Of a stretch of DNA of 64,000 nt, positions 1 through 12,918 are shown one piece after another; position 1 is the first letter of the stretch; every line of letters begins with the position of its first letter. The notes under the pieces are model-generated. The model saw only the letters and a list, made by a program, of their open reading frames with translations. It was not told where the DNA came from and made no database searches. The position numbers and the translations under genes are program-made. The DNA comes from Phoronis australis (taxonomy: Eukaryota > Animalia > Phoronida): contig NMRA01000095.1 in assembly GCA_002633005.1 (NCBI GenBank), positions 631,108 through 695,107 of the forward strand. Direction: 5' to 3'.

Positions 1-737
1 GGCAACGAGATGAACTCGGTCAATCTCAATGGGCCGGTGGCACAAAAAGTAACCAATAATATTCATCTAAGTGAGAAATACACAAACAACAACCAATGAG
101 AACCATCAAAGGCAGTTTCATGCAAATGTTTTTGAGACTGGTATCTGTAAAGTCTGTCGTGGGGCCCACGGAATATTGAAAAATGTGCTACGAAAACCAA
201 AATTCTGGCCTCCCAGAAGACGGCCATTGCATAAACGGCTGCGCAACGGTGTCTTTGCTGACAACATACACTTCGCAGAACTAACCACCGAGCCTTAATT
301 ATTTTATTTTCAATGGGTAATATGATTAGTTCTCCGCCGAACACAAAATGGTGACTGCAAAAGCGAAAAGGCCTAACGCAACGATCAGCGACTTTCGTGC
401 CGGACTGCACCTCCAGTGAGCAGGTAGTGGATTAGGCGTATAGGTAGCACTGGGCCTTTGTTTAAATTGACTAGTTGTTCGGGATGAATTGAGGGATGAA
501 TTGAAAAGATAATCGAGAGATTATTTCCACGCCGCGTTACATCATAAATAGACTTGCAGTCCGGTCTGCCGCTTGAGTGAGTCCGATGATTAGGCTGTCC
601 ACAACGGACCACCGACTTCCTTAGGCTTAGCCTTTATTCAGTTTCAATGGGCTTGGCCAGTTGCTGTCAAGCGTAATTTGAACCAGTGAAGAACTTATTA
701 ACGACTACGACGTCTTTTTTACAAAGTAGAACCTATA

Positions 738-848
738 TTTTTAAACAGGACGCTGGATTTTTAAACAGGACGCGGGACATTTAAATAGGACGCGCACTCG
801 GCCAAACAGGACGCTGCGACACGTTAAAAGTGGTCGTGGAGAACACTG
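738..848. mobile_element. Probable end of a non-autonomous DNA transposon with about four subterminal AAACAGGACGC repeats at roughly 20 bp spacing
   Basis: Repeated aaacaggacgc followed by ...gagaacactg (reverse complement CAGTGTTCTC, hAT-like terminus). The partner end was not found. Confidence 0.4.
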
Positions 849-1472
849 AAATATGTTAATATCATATTTAAAATAAGTTTGTACTTAAATAATTTTGTAC
901 TTGTCATGGGAAACTATGTGTTTGGTGATGTATTTCATGAGGCCAATTTAATCACCTCAGAATTTGGATTAAATTCGTCTTAATCATGATGAATATGTAA
1001 CATGAAATAAATCAAAGATTTCTAAATTGTATTTGTTTTCGCTGTGTTTTTCAGTAATTTCTATTATTTCAACTGATTTATATTGTTGAACACTATGTCT
1101 GGAGATTTGAAACTATCCAGGTAAATAATACTTGGAATAAGATTTCTCCCCTGACCAAGCCGACTGCGATGGTTTAGAAACCATATATACGCCAACGCTC
1201 ACTCGTGTAGTCAACAAAACAAGATATTTCTCTGTAATAATTGAGTTTGCATGTTCCGACACACTCTAGATCAACTAAAATAGTTACAAGAAATTGCCTT
1301 TAGCAAAACATGCCTGTCAGGTTGTAATTCTTTAAGCACTACGTGTGTGTAGTCTTTCTTCACTGTCAGCCATTGATTTATCCTTCAAGATCTATTCTTC
1401 ATCGCATTCTTCATTAAAATGTGTTTTTCAAACCAGGAGGGAGGGCTTGGGTCTTTAAAGGGGCAATAATCT

Positions 1473-1736
1473 GATATAACGTGCCCGTATTTTGAGAACC
1501 AGTTTGATGCTCGTTATTCAGTGGAGAAAATTGGGTATAGTTCAGTAACACTAGGACCTCGCTAAAAATCTAGCCACTGTCACGTGTCCTCATGTAGTAA
1601 AATATAGAGCAATATCGCACATAATCTCTCGAAGTCTTGCTTTTTAGCGAGGTTCTAGCATGACTGAACTCTACCCAATTTTCTCCACTGAATAACGGGC
1701 ATCAAACTGGTTCTCAAAATGCGGGCACGTTATATC
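1473..1736. mobile_element. MITE with about 95 bp imperfect terminal inverted repeats
   Basis: gatataacgtgcccg...cctcgctaaaaa mirrored by tttttagcgagg...cgggcacgttatatc. Confidence 0.75.
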
Positions 1737-1886
1737 CGACCATTAGATATACACTTGGGCTTTAACATGTTTATAAACGTATGCGGTAATTTAGGGCACA
1801 ATATGGCAGACAAGTGAACGTTTTTTTCTCACTTGTTTCTATGAAAGACATGTTGCACCAAACTATTGGTTGGCCATGTTCAAGGC

Positions 1887-2187
1887 CTGTACCTCTGCTA
1901 TCAAATGACAAATGTTTTGAGAAATTTTGAAAATTTAAAACAATGCTAGAAGCCCTTTAAAAATATAAAAAGGATAATTTTTTTCTAACATTTTTATCCG
2001 AAATTGAGGAGATTTTACCGTCAGAATGTTTTGAAAAATTGCGGGCATTCTGACGGTAAAATCTCCTCAATTTCGGATAAAAATGTTAGAAAAAAATTAT
2101 TCTTTTTATATTTTTAAAGGGCTTTTAGCATTGTTTTAAATTTTCAAAATTTCTCAAAACATTTGTCATTTGATAGCAGAGGTACAG
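1887..2187. repeat. Near-perfect foldback: 142 bp arms (1887-2028, 2046-2187) with 17 bp spacer
   Basis: Arms are reverse complements with about two mismatches, read directly. Confidence 0.9.
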
Positions 2188-3859
2188 TTTTAGAAGTCCT
2201 TGAAACGTGATAAAATATCAGTTTAGGTAATTTGTTTTGTTTCAAAATTGGTGAAATTACTATTGTAAGCTCATAAAATTTGTACTGGACTCAAAAGAAA
2301 ATTTTGCCTTCACCCCACATTGATTGTTACCTCGATCCACCAACATTGGACGAGCTGCTGATGTCAGACACATACTAAGGTGAAGACAATCCCGGATTTT
2401 AGCAACTGTTGCCAGAGGGCCACAGACACACATTGACCAATCAAAGTTGTTTTCTATTTGTGATGTCATGTTCTGGGAATCTACTGGGTTGTCTATTTAT
2501 AGAATACCTTGCTGGTGAACTAGGGCTGCAGTCAGTAAATGTGATTTCTGTTTGTTAAATCACATGACTGTCTTTGTACAATTAGCCTTAAATTTGGATC
2601 TTGAATCTTCAGAGTGGCAAAAATCTGCAGTAGGTCTTGCTGAGATTCATGGCATTGTGGGCCTTCTTTAGATAAACTTTCAAATTTTATGTTAAGTGTG
2701 TGCCAATTCTCAGTTGAATTTCCAGAAAGTTCAGTGGTGCTGTGCCCTTTAGCCTTACCAGCAGGCCTTCATGCAGCGTACGTCCTGGGCGTCCATTTGG
2801 ACGCCCTAGCACTAATGTGGACACTCTGGCAAGGACGCCCAATGTATCATTTGGACGCCCTGTCAATCAGAATTTCTCCAGTTTGGACACCCACATTATA
2901 AGATTACTAAGACTCCCAGTTAATCAAAGAGAGAAGTTGGCCCTTTCAACTCAGAAAGAAATATACAATGTATTTCAAATGTTGCAATGTTCAAACTATT
3001 TTCAAAGTATTTGGTAGACCTGTCAATCATTAGCATGTGTTTGGTTGCCAGAGTGTCTGCTTTCAGTAGACTCATGTGCCACTGCAATTCTGTACTTTAT
3101 ATAGGGACACGGACCTTGCTCAACTCCAAACTGGTGTTTCAGAGCTGTAGTTTCATCTACTTCATCTTTTTTTTGAAAACACCAAAAGCGAAATAAATGT
3201 CATTATTTTAATAATATGGTGTGCCGCAAGAATATCCCCATTTAAAATGTTTGAGTTTTCGCCCGTTTCATGCTTTTGTATGTGCGTCTAAAATGGAGCA
3301 GCAGTGACACCTGTTGCCAAAATATAAACCACACATCATCTGTGCATTTTTCTTTTGTTGGTAACTGCAGCTTTGATGACTCATTGTACAGAATATAAAG
3401 CTAGTGAAGTTGATATAATAAACTTTATAACAGAATTTGACNTTAGGAACGAACCATGTTGATCAGGCTTTACATGATATTGGTGGAGTCGTCCGGCTCA
3501 ACTGAGCTCACCTGTGGTTCTAGTACAGAGGAGTTAGCCACGTTGTTGATATAACCTTCAAGGCAACTCAGTCTTGCCACCTAACATTTAACAGCACAAT
3601 GCTCTAATTGGATTCTCAGACTTTCACGGTTAACCTTACCGCTATTTAAATCGTGACTTGATGGCAAAGGCGCTGAAATCTCATACAGCCAATTTGATGT
3701 ATCTAGGTAATGTGGCACCAGTTTTGGTAAAAAATAGTTTCCACAATTATTTCATTTTTCAAGTTTTCAAGGGCTTGTAACCTGGTTGTTGTAAATGTTC
3801 AAGATGAAATCTCAAAAATGCTGTTGCTGTCTTTTTAAATTATTATTGCGTATTCGTTT

Positions 3860-4088
3860 TAGTTCAACTTTTGAGTTTTTTGCATAGAAATCATTAAAAG
3901 TCCAAAATTTTGATAGCCCCTCATGTAAGAGTGAAAAAAGTATTATAACAATCCCTAACACTGCTTTGGACTACAGTACATGTAAGTATACTGTGTGAAA
4001 GTTTCAGATGCATCTTATCATTTATGAGATATGATGTTTCGAAGTTGGCCAGATTTGGAATTTTTCTAGGGTCCTGTGCAACTTGAAG
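3860..4088 (+). mobile_element. Dispersed repeat, partial copy of the element at 36779-37277
   Basis: Shared ttttgagtttttt...gatagcccc...gaagttggccagatttgga...ctagggtcctgtgcaac. Confidence 0.6.
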
Positions 4089-4744
4089 TTTAGGTCGGAA
4101 GTTTGGTATTGCTCTCCTCACAACTATTTCTCACAAATAATGAAATTTCAAGAGGGACAAAATTCACGACTTGCTGAAAACAAAGAAAAAAAAGGAATGT
4201 CACTGCGCCTTTTTGCTGCAAGGCGTGGCAGAAAAAGGACACATGACTGATGGGTGTAGCAAGTCTTGGCACTGATAGTACATTGGTTTCAGAAGAGATG
4301 TCCGCTAGAAGTAGTTGAAAGACCCTTGCATTGTTCAAGAGAATTAGTTTATAAATTAGACAAACATCGGGTTGGGGGGAGGACGAACCTCACAGAACCT
4401 GTTCTCTTTTAATATTTGACTAAAATTCAGTCTTCGGATTCCTTAGCCTGTTCCATGAGATCAGACTAATGTTGTAAGTCTGAAAATCTATGTTTAACTT
4501 GAAGTCAAAAGCCAGGAATCTGTGGTCTGCATAGAAGCAAACTGAAAGCCAAAACCAAAAGACAAAAAAAATCTACTTTCGGTTATTCATAGTCTGATAT
4601 CTGACTTTTGGCTTCAGTCAAAAGACAATAGACTCTTCTATAAACATGGCTCTGGTCTAAAAAAATAATTGCAGGCCGTCTGCTACACGTTGTACCAGGC
4701 CGCGCATGTGGGCCCATTGCACTGATCACCTGGAACTATTTTTG

Positions 4745-4880
4745 TGCTTTATTAATAAATAGTTAAAACCGAGCTGAGGAACTAGAAACCTGACTCAAGG
4801 ATCTAGCAGTGTGGCCCAGAGGGACTCAAACCCACGACCTCGAGTAAAGAGGGAGGGCACTATCACACTCCACACTGCTT
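4745..4880 (-). mobile_element. Degenerate tRNA-derived SINE-like fragment
   Basis: Minus strand reads gaggtcgtgggtttgagtccctctgggccac (B-box-like), then tccttgagtcagg and an A-rich stretch. Confidence 0.35.
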
Positions 4881-7800
4881 CCTCTGCCTCTGGTCTACTG
4901 CTGAATGGTTTTAGCTGCACTGAACAACCAGTTCAAAAATTGCATCATCGAGTCAAAGTGAGCCTCAACAGGAGTGTATCTATTCGTATTATTGTCTGAT
5001 ATATGCACTATCACACTCATCTGCTGAAACGAAAAAAACTTCAAAAATTTTCAATAATGTGTTTAGCTCCAGGCAACCTCACAATGTACACAGGTCATGA
5101 CTTATTAAAACGAACAAAAATGGTCATAACTGTTCTTTTCACCATGATATGCAACATGCATACGACACAGAACTGACATGCACCAGCTCATCAATACTTG
5201 GGCTGATGATGATGGAAACAATGGAAATACCTTTGCATCACGTAACAGAAATTACTCAAGCCAAGTTGGGAAGTGTTATTAGTCCCAGATCAAGTCTTGA
5301 CTTGCCACAGACAGACGATTTGATCGTTTTCGCCATTAAATCAACTCTTCAAAGCATTTAGCAACGTAAAACTTCTTAATATTCATGCCATTGCAACAAA
5401 TTGTATTCCTAATTTCTTAAGTCACGTAATTACAATAGTGAGTAGTAAGCATGTGGATATCCCTTTAAGGCTGAAAAAGGCAGCATTTGGAAGTGCAATC
5501 GGTGCATTCAGTTAGAGGTTGTGAGCTGTAGTTCCTGTTAGGGTACAGGGGAAGTAACCTAGGATGTCATTGATTAATGTGTTTCAACACAGCTGGAATG
5601 CCAAGACCATGCTGGACATGTTGAAAGCAACTTTCAGNNNNNNNNNNNNNNNATGTAGCGGTCACTTCATGTCAATTATAACAATACAATAGTATCATAG
5701 GAAGGGAAGGGGTCCTATCCCATCTCTAGATCTGCTTCTGGCATACCTGATTAGACACCCAGGCAGTGATATTGGTAGACTTCCACTGGTTAAGAAATAG
5801 TACTTGTGGTCATCAAGTTATTAATCTCAGTTGGTCTAAAATTTAATTGGTGAAATTTAATTGCGGATATTGTGTACACACCTGTGCTCAGAAGATTGAT
5901 TAGTGACAGGTTCTGTGAGTAAGGATAGACCCTCCAGAGCTGAGCTATGACTGAGTGACCTCTGGTGACACAGTGTGGAATCAGTTGTAAGCTTCAAACA
6001 CTGGATACTGGCTTCACATTGCCAGTTGAAGGTTTTAAGCTACTAAGAATAGAATAAAACTGTAAAACAGAAAATTAACTTTGATTCGATTTTAGATGAG
6101 TGATAGCTTAATTTGCATGCCTTATTTTCTTGATATAATTTTTATAGTAATTTGAATTGTCCTTGTACATGGCACCAATGGCAGTTTTCATTTGAATAAA
6201 TCCTACTTATAAATTTAGTCTCCCTTAGTTTGTTAAATGTTGGGAGCAAATTATTTGAACCGATGTCGGCCAAGGGCATCCTAAGGTCACTTGTCATAGT
6301 ACACAGAAACAGCCCACATAGCAGTTCTGGTCTTGAACAATGGACAGACCTGCAAACAAGATTACTGAAGTTTCTACTCTAGGGGTCTTAGTTCTTGGAA
6401 CTCAGTTCTTCATAGATGTAAAATCTGGTGTCTTACTTGGTGGTAAATTCAATTAGCCTTGATCTCTCATTCTTAATCCATGGGTTGTTATACCTCAATT
6501 TATTATGTATAAATAAATAATTACTCATTGTACACGATGACCTCCACTGATAATCTTTGTTAATCTTCCCTGTTGATCGTTCAATTAATCATTGGTTTCT
6601 GATGTTAGCAACGTAAGAATCCCCAACTGATATAACACTGGATTAAGGAACATCTCACACTGAGCGAGCTCTTAACTCATGCCTGCACTCCCCTGTGTTA
6701 ATCAACTTGGACTGTCCCAGACAAGATCCACAGGAGTCCCCAGTCATTCTGGTCCTGGGTCAAAGGTCACTGGAAATAAAGGCAAACAATATTAGCTTGT
6801 GAGTAGCTTTCTACACAGTAATGCTAGTATGTTGATACACAGGGAATGTGGTCTTATTGTGATCATTATTAACTGAGGCTGGCTGGAGATTGGAGCTGTG
6901 TAAATGATTGGACATTATATGGTTAACTACAGTTGAGATGGATAACAAGGTATTTGGAGGTTTATCCTAGCCATACATATTCACAGAAGTTGAATTGGAG
7001 TTCCCTGTTGGCAGATTCTGATGAGTGTTCAGATTAGCTGTTAATGGTTTCAGTAGTTAATTGTGTGGTGGAGATGTTGATGAGTTATGAAGTTAGGATT
7101 GTGATGGCTGAGTGAAAGGAGACTTATGTACTATTCGTGGCGCACTTGGTGTAATTGATTTAAGTGAAACTAGGAAGATAGCGATTATGTAATAAAGCCA
7201 CTTTGGCAAAAGTTTGGTTTGGAATTTGATATTTAGGTCAAAGCAACTTCATGTTGTCTTTTGTCTAATTAAGATTTGATTATGAATTTTCCTTCGTCTG
7301 ACTTTTTATTTCACTTTCTTCTATTAATGTAGTTGTGGCGATAAATAGTCATTGTAACTGGGAGTTGATAGTGACTAGTGTAACCATGTTAAATTCTAAT
7401 TCTGCAACTCTCTCCAATAGCGGGGTGATTTAACTCTCCTGTTCAATGTATTCATATTAATATATCTTTAAGCCATCCCTAGCCAAATAGTTTGAATAGG
7501 AGGCTTTCAGTGGTCAAAGCCTTCCTTCATTGAATAGAGCTCCCTTGGAGGAAAGGGTTATGTAAGATGTTTAACCACTCCTGGTCTGTATAGGAAATCT
7601 TTGCACAATGAATAAATTGAAGTATGTACTTATTGAAATTTGATTTGTATAGGCTCATCTTGCAAGTCATAAATCACCAGCATGGGCCAGAGTTTAAAGG
7701 AGAAGTTGTAATATGAAGCATGTGCTGAAAGCCTGTTTTTAGGTTATTGTTCTGCGAGCATGCTAAAACTCTATTCACAGAATTGTTACTCATCTTTTTG

Positions 7801-10593
7801 TTGAGTTGAGGTCAGTGGCATTTTCAATGACTGAATCTAAATTTTGCTGTCATATTTGTGAACTTTCAACAACTGTGGTGTTCGTTGTTTACCGCAACAG
7901 AATATTCAAACTCTTTAAGAGTTTCAAAACTCATACATGTCTTTGAAAGTCTGTACCAAATTCACGTATGTGTTTGAAAGTCCGTATCTTTACTGTAGAA
8001 AGTTGTGCTAAGTCTTGGAATAAGATACACTGAAATTATCAACTTTTGGACACATATCAACTGTGAAATTTTTTGATTGGTTCATTCATTTCACCTCCCA
8101 TTAAAAGGGCAAGTGATTATATTTGTGTATCAGTGCTCAAATTTTCGACGCTGGGACATGTACCGTTGGTGTTGCTTAGAAATCACTAATCTCAAAGTCT
8201 TCATAGTTTTTCAACTCTATGCAAGTAAGCCAAACTCGTCATGACAAACCTCAAACTCAACATAGTGACGAGTCAAAACAGGTTTTATAGAACACCAAGT
8301 GTGTGATTTATGAACTTAACATCCTGAGGGTCCTGTCACTTCAAAGTAATTATGAATACAATCTCGTAAATGTGTGAGAAATGAATAGGAATAAACCAGC
8401 ATTGTATATAATCAAAGTAACAACATTAGAGGCAAGTTTTGGGTCAAAATTGCCTGTTTTCTCCCATGCTGAGCCTAGTTCAGGAAGATATTTAGTGGGG
8501 CTTGAGCAGCCCAGTGGGTTGTGATATTGCCCTATAGTAGGGCTTGAGCTGCTGAGTACGGTGTGATATTGACCAATTTTGCTGCTGTATATGGAGTGTC
8601 TAAGGTTAATATAGAGGCCTTAATTTTCCCTGATAATTGGAAATGGACGGAATTCACCGAATCTGACTTATTTCGTGGAATTAGCGGTTCGAATGGAATT
8701 TCTGTATTATAGTAGCACATGCTATTTTTCTGTGTTTTTGGACTGCACACTCGCCAGTACAAGTTTGCGCACTTGCATAACTAATTGTGCATGGAAAGTG
8801 CCATCCACACACAGACTTTCCTTAGAACAAGTTACTCCTGGAATGAGTTGCCTCTAAGTTTGAAGACTGTGTGGACGGTATTTAAACTAAGACAACTTAA
8901 CCCACTAGTGACAATTTACTCCAATTTATCAAGGTGGGTTAACTTTTTTCTAACGTAACTCGCGCCACTTCTAATTCCTGTGTGGCCGAAAATTTGGGGC
9001 AAGGCGGAATTAATTATCAACTGCGGTTACATACAGACAGGTTTTCTTTTGCGCGTGACACTCGCATAAGGTGCTCATTGTCATGCACAGAGTGACAACT
9101 TTGGCCTTACCCCAGTTATTGGATATGTGTGTTTGGACACTCCACTCAAAAGTGAGGTAAGTTGCACTAGTGCAAGTTGTTCTAGGGTAGGCTGTGTGTG
9201 GACTGGAACTTCAGTGTTTGGGTGCCTTGAAAGTACAAGACTCTTAAACTTTGAACAGACTTGTGGTTTGACTGTGCGATGACTCAACATTCCTCTGCAG
9301 TGAACCACATGCCCTAACATTATGATACAGTTGCAACATCCTCACAACAACAACTCATTCAAGATTTCTCATTATTCAGTGTTCTATAAGTTTAGGCTAG
9401 ATGTCTGTGCTTAAATTCTGGGAATCTTTTCCTCTTGCTGGACTCTATTTGTGTACAAGTCCGTTTTGGTTAACACTTATAATCTGATCAGATTGCAGGT
9501 CAGGAGATGTGTTGTGATTCTCAATAAATTATTAATTGAAAACTTGCAAATTAATCTTTAGAATGTTTGAATTTGAAATTGGGGTAGTATACCAACTGTG
9601 ACTGACGGAAGGATATTTGAGATTGCTACTGGAATGCTGTTTTAATGGTCTTAGAGTTTGAATCATTTTTGTGCGCCTTCATATTCGTATGTGGGTGCTT
9701 TTTGCTATCATCTCTGTTTGGCATCCATCTACAGGTCGGACATCTGCTGCTGTATCCCCTCTAACCCTTGTAGGGTCTTTGTGAAATTTGTGGAGTGGAC
9801 TCCTATGTAAGCGAGTATGAATGACCATGTTGTTCAGATGGATTCGACTACCGCCGACGCTGTACCACCCAGTGGACATTATATTTTTCACATTTGCCTT
9901 ATCTTCATGGTTGTGTGGCAGACTTTCATGAAATTTGACAAATAGGTTGTTAGTAAGGAATCGGTGGCACCTATCATCAGAATTTTCCTTTCATTGTCAT
10001 GAAGTAAGATAGAGCAAACTGTGACATTGCTCTAATTTTGGATAAAGCACAATTTGAATTTTTTATGCGTCTGTATTATTTAACATTTGAAGGTATATTG
10101 CATGCTATTAAGTTAATATCAAATATGGCTATTACCCTGGGACATCCTGTGTCACACAATGGTGAGTGTCAAATTTTTTATTTAATTTTGCGACCGTCAC
10201 AACTAACCGAGTCGTTAAGAACGTTAACATTTAAAAAGTCAAAACTTTTTGGTGGAGTTCATTGATGCTTTTTTGGCGTAAGAAACTGCTTCGTCCTTAT
10301 TTTATCTTGTGTTTAGGTCAGCAATTTTCAACCCACCGATGTAGCACTCAATATATTGTTCGTACCAGTTTCTAGCAAAAAGTGGTCGCCACATTTGCCT
10401 TTCATATCTTTTAAAGGGTTCCAACAGTGTTGGGTATGTCCATAAATTTTCTAAAGATGGTCTGGTGGTAGGTTTTGTACAGAGTTTGAATATGGAAAAG
10501 CCTTGGTTTGGTGCTGCAAACCTTTTATGAGAAAATGAAATTTTTGTCTTAAATTGATGATATTTCGGTGTAACTATAGTAAAAGTTGTAACT

Positions 10594-10890
10594 ATGGTGA
10601 AAATTCTCCAATATGAGACAGTGAAAAATTAATTATTTTGCCCATGGTCATAGCTTGTCCCAAATTCTAGAAATAGGCAATATATCGGCTGTCCCAAATT
10701 CAAGAATCACCAGAAAGACGGCAGAATTACCCACTCTGTAGATTGAAAACACACTGTCCAAAATTTAAGGAATATAGAGAACCCCAAAATCATTCTTGTT
10801 CCAAGTTCCAGAATCAAGGAAGTTCAGTTTTGCAGGAGATTCCGTGTCCCAAATTGTAGAGGCTATCTCAAATTGCAGAATTTTTACTGT
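10594..10890. mobile_element. Tc1/mariner-type MITE, same family as 54744-55007
   Basis: Shared internal caaattcaagaatca...cactctgtagattgaaaa...ttttactgta and inverted ends. Confidence 0.6.
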
Positions 10891-12456
10891 AAGCACTGAC
10901 ACTAAGGGTACATTCTGAGTGTAGTTGAGACTGGTATGACTGAGACAGTGTGTGATGCTGAGGCTGGCCACTGACACACATAAATGCTGTTTTGTTGAGT
11001 TATCTTACTTCTATTATGGTGTTATGAAAGACACCTTTGTCCAGAAATCAATATGCCTACGTTTTTTTATAACCAGATGCTTTGTTGGCGTGGATAAATG
11101 ATTTGGGCTCATGCTCGGCGGGAGGTTAATAAAGAAAGATGCTGCTATTAATGTACCTCATAGTTGGTCTAGATTTTTTTCACTCGCAGCCGCTCTGCAA
11201 AGGGGCTGCTCTTTACTGTTACATTTGTAAGTCTTCATGAAAAGGTTTTTGTGGTAAGGTTTTGTTTGCAGCCATCCATAAATTACTATGTTAGCTTGGG
11301 TGCTTCAGCCAGTTTATAATTGGATTGGAAATTTCATGGTTGACCTGGTGTTCTTTAGGAAATAGAAATTCCCTTGCCTGTTTTGTGTGAAGCAGGGTAC
11401 TTACACTAAACAAATAGCATAGTAGTTGGAGTATTTGTCACACTCTGCCTCTTCAGAGATCTGATTCTGCAAGCCTCTGTGGTGGAATAACAGTGGACAG
11501 TCTAGGATCAATAATCAGATATCTAGATACGGGAATCGTCTCTTAATATTCATTAATTTTTTATTTCATTTGGCTTCGCTTGTTGCCCAATCACAATGCT
11601 GTCTCCACACGAGTACACCGGCCTGCACACGGCTTATCATCAGGCTATTTGTCACAGTGCTCGGCGTAATAACTACCTTGACTACGATTTAATTGCGAAG
11701 TAATTTGTCCGCCACGCAGGTGGTAGTGTTTCTGAGATGATGCTTGGTCTTAATTATATCTAATATTGTCTGACGAGTGAAAACAAATCAGTCAACTGTT
11801 CGCCTGCAGTTGATGCTTTCGAGTTGTTGAGTGCTAAAGATCTCGATCTCATTTTGTGAAATAGCCTAAAGTGCCCGCATCCACCTTAGATATTAAAGTG
11901 AAAAGAAACATAGCCCTGAATGTTGTGAGTGAGAGCTATTTCGTCGATTGTGCGATAAACGTTTTTCAAATGCATTGTGGGGAGGTTATTGGCTCGTAAA
12001 CATCCGGTGATCTCTTGTAATTTGTGGACGTAACCTGATTCACACTTAGTGGCTTCAACATGCCTCAAGAATCTTTTGTTCAAAATTCTTGTTAATCAGT
12101 TTATTCAATACACGCTGAGCCTCGTTTTCAATCTTTTATTTTATGATGGTTGTTTTTTTGTACCGCAACAAAAGGTATGTTGCAGTGGACCCATGCAAAC
12201 AAATGAAGTGCCGTTTTCTATCATATTGGTTTTACATGTCACTAAATTATCTTTGGTATCACTGGATATTTATGAGCCAACAGCCGTCTCACAATACACC
12301 ATAAAGCTTCAAAAGTTATCCGCTGGATAAGTTTGATTGTTGCATGACTTCAGGTGCATTGTTCAACAATAACAACGTGACGCGTGATAATGCGACGTCA
12401 TTGTTGCTATACGGCGTATAACTTTTATGCAACTGGACCCTGATGAATGTCTGCAT

Positions 12457-12918
12457 TGCCGTAGATGTCTACAGTGCGGTAGATGTCTACAGTGCGGTAG
12501 ATGTCTACAGTGCGGTAGATGTCTACAGTGCCGTAGATGTCTATAGTGCCGTAGATGCCTACAGTGCCGTAGATGTCTACAGTGCCATAGATGTCTACAG
12601 TGTCGTAGATGTCTACAGTGCTGTAGATGTCTACAGTGCTGTAGATGTCTACAGTGCGGTAGATGTCTACAGTGCCGTAGATGTCTACAGTGCCGTAGAT
12701 GCCTACAGTGCCGTAGATGCCTACAGTGCCGTAGAAGTCTACAGTGACGTAGATGTCTACAGTGCCGTAGATGTCTACAGTGCCGTAGATGTCTACAGTG
12801 CCGTAGATGTCTACAGTGCCGTAGATGTCTACAGTGCCGTAGATGTCTACAGTGCCGTAGATGTCTACAGTGCCGTAGATGTCTACAGTGCCGTAGATGT
12901 CTACAGTGCCTTAGATGT
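12457..12918. repeat. 18 bp minisatellite (gccgtagatgtctacagt) x about 25
   Basis: Direct tandem units, seen as AVDVYS repeats in the spurious ORF. Confidence 0.95.

Noticed and set aside
4805-4880. tRNA gene
   Set aside because: Only a degenerate B-box arm and no full cloverleaf; listed as SINE-like at low confidence.
5650-7750. Possible ancient LINE remnant
   Set aside because: No reverse transcriptase or endonuclease motif could be read in any frame.
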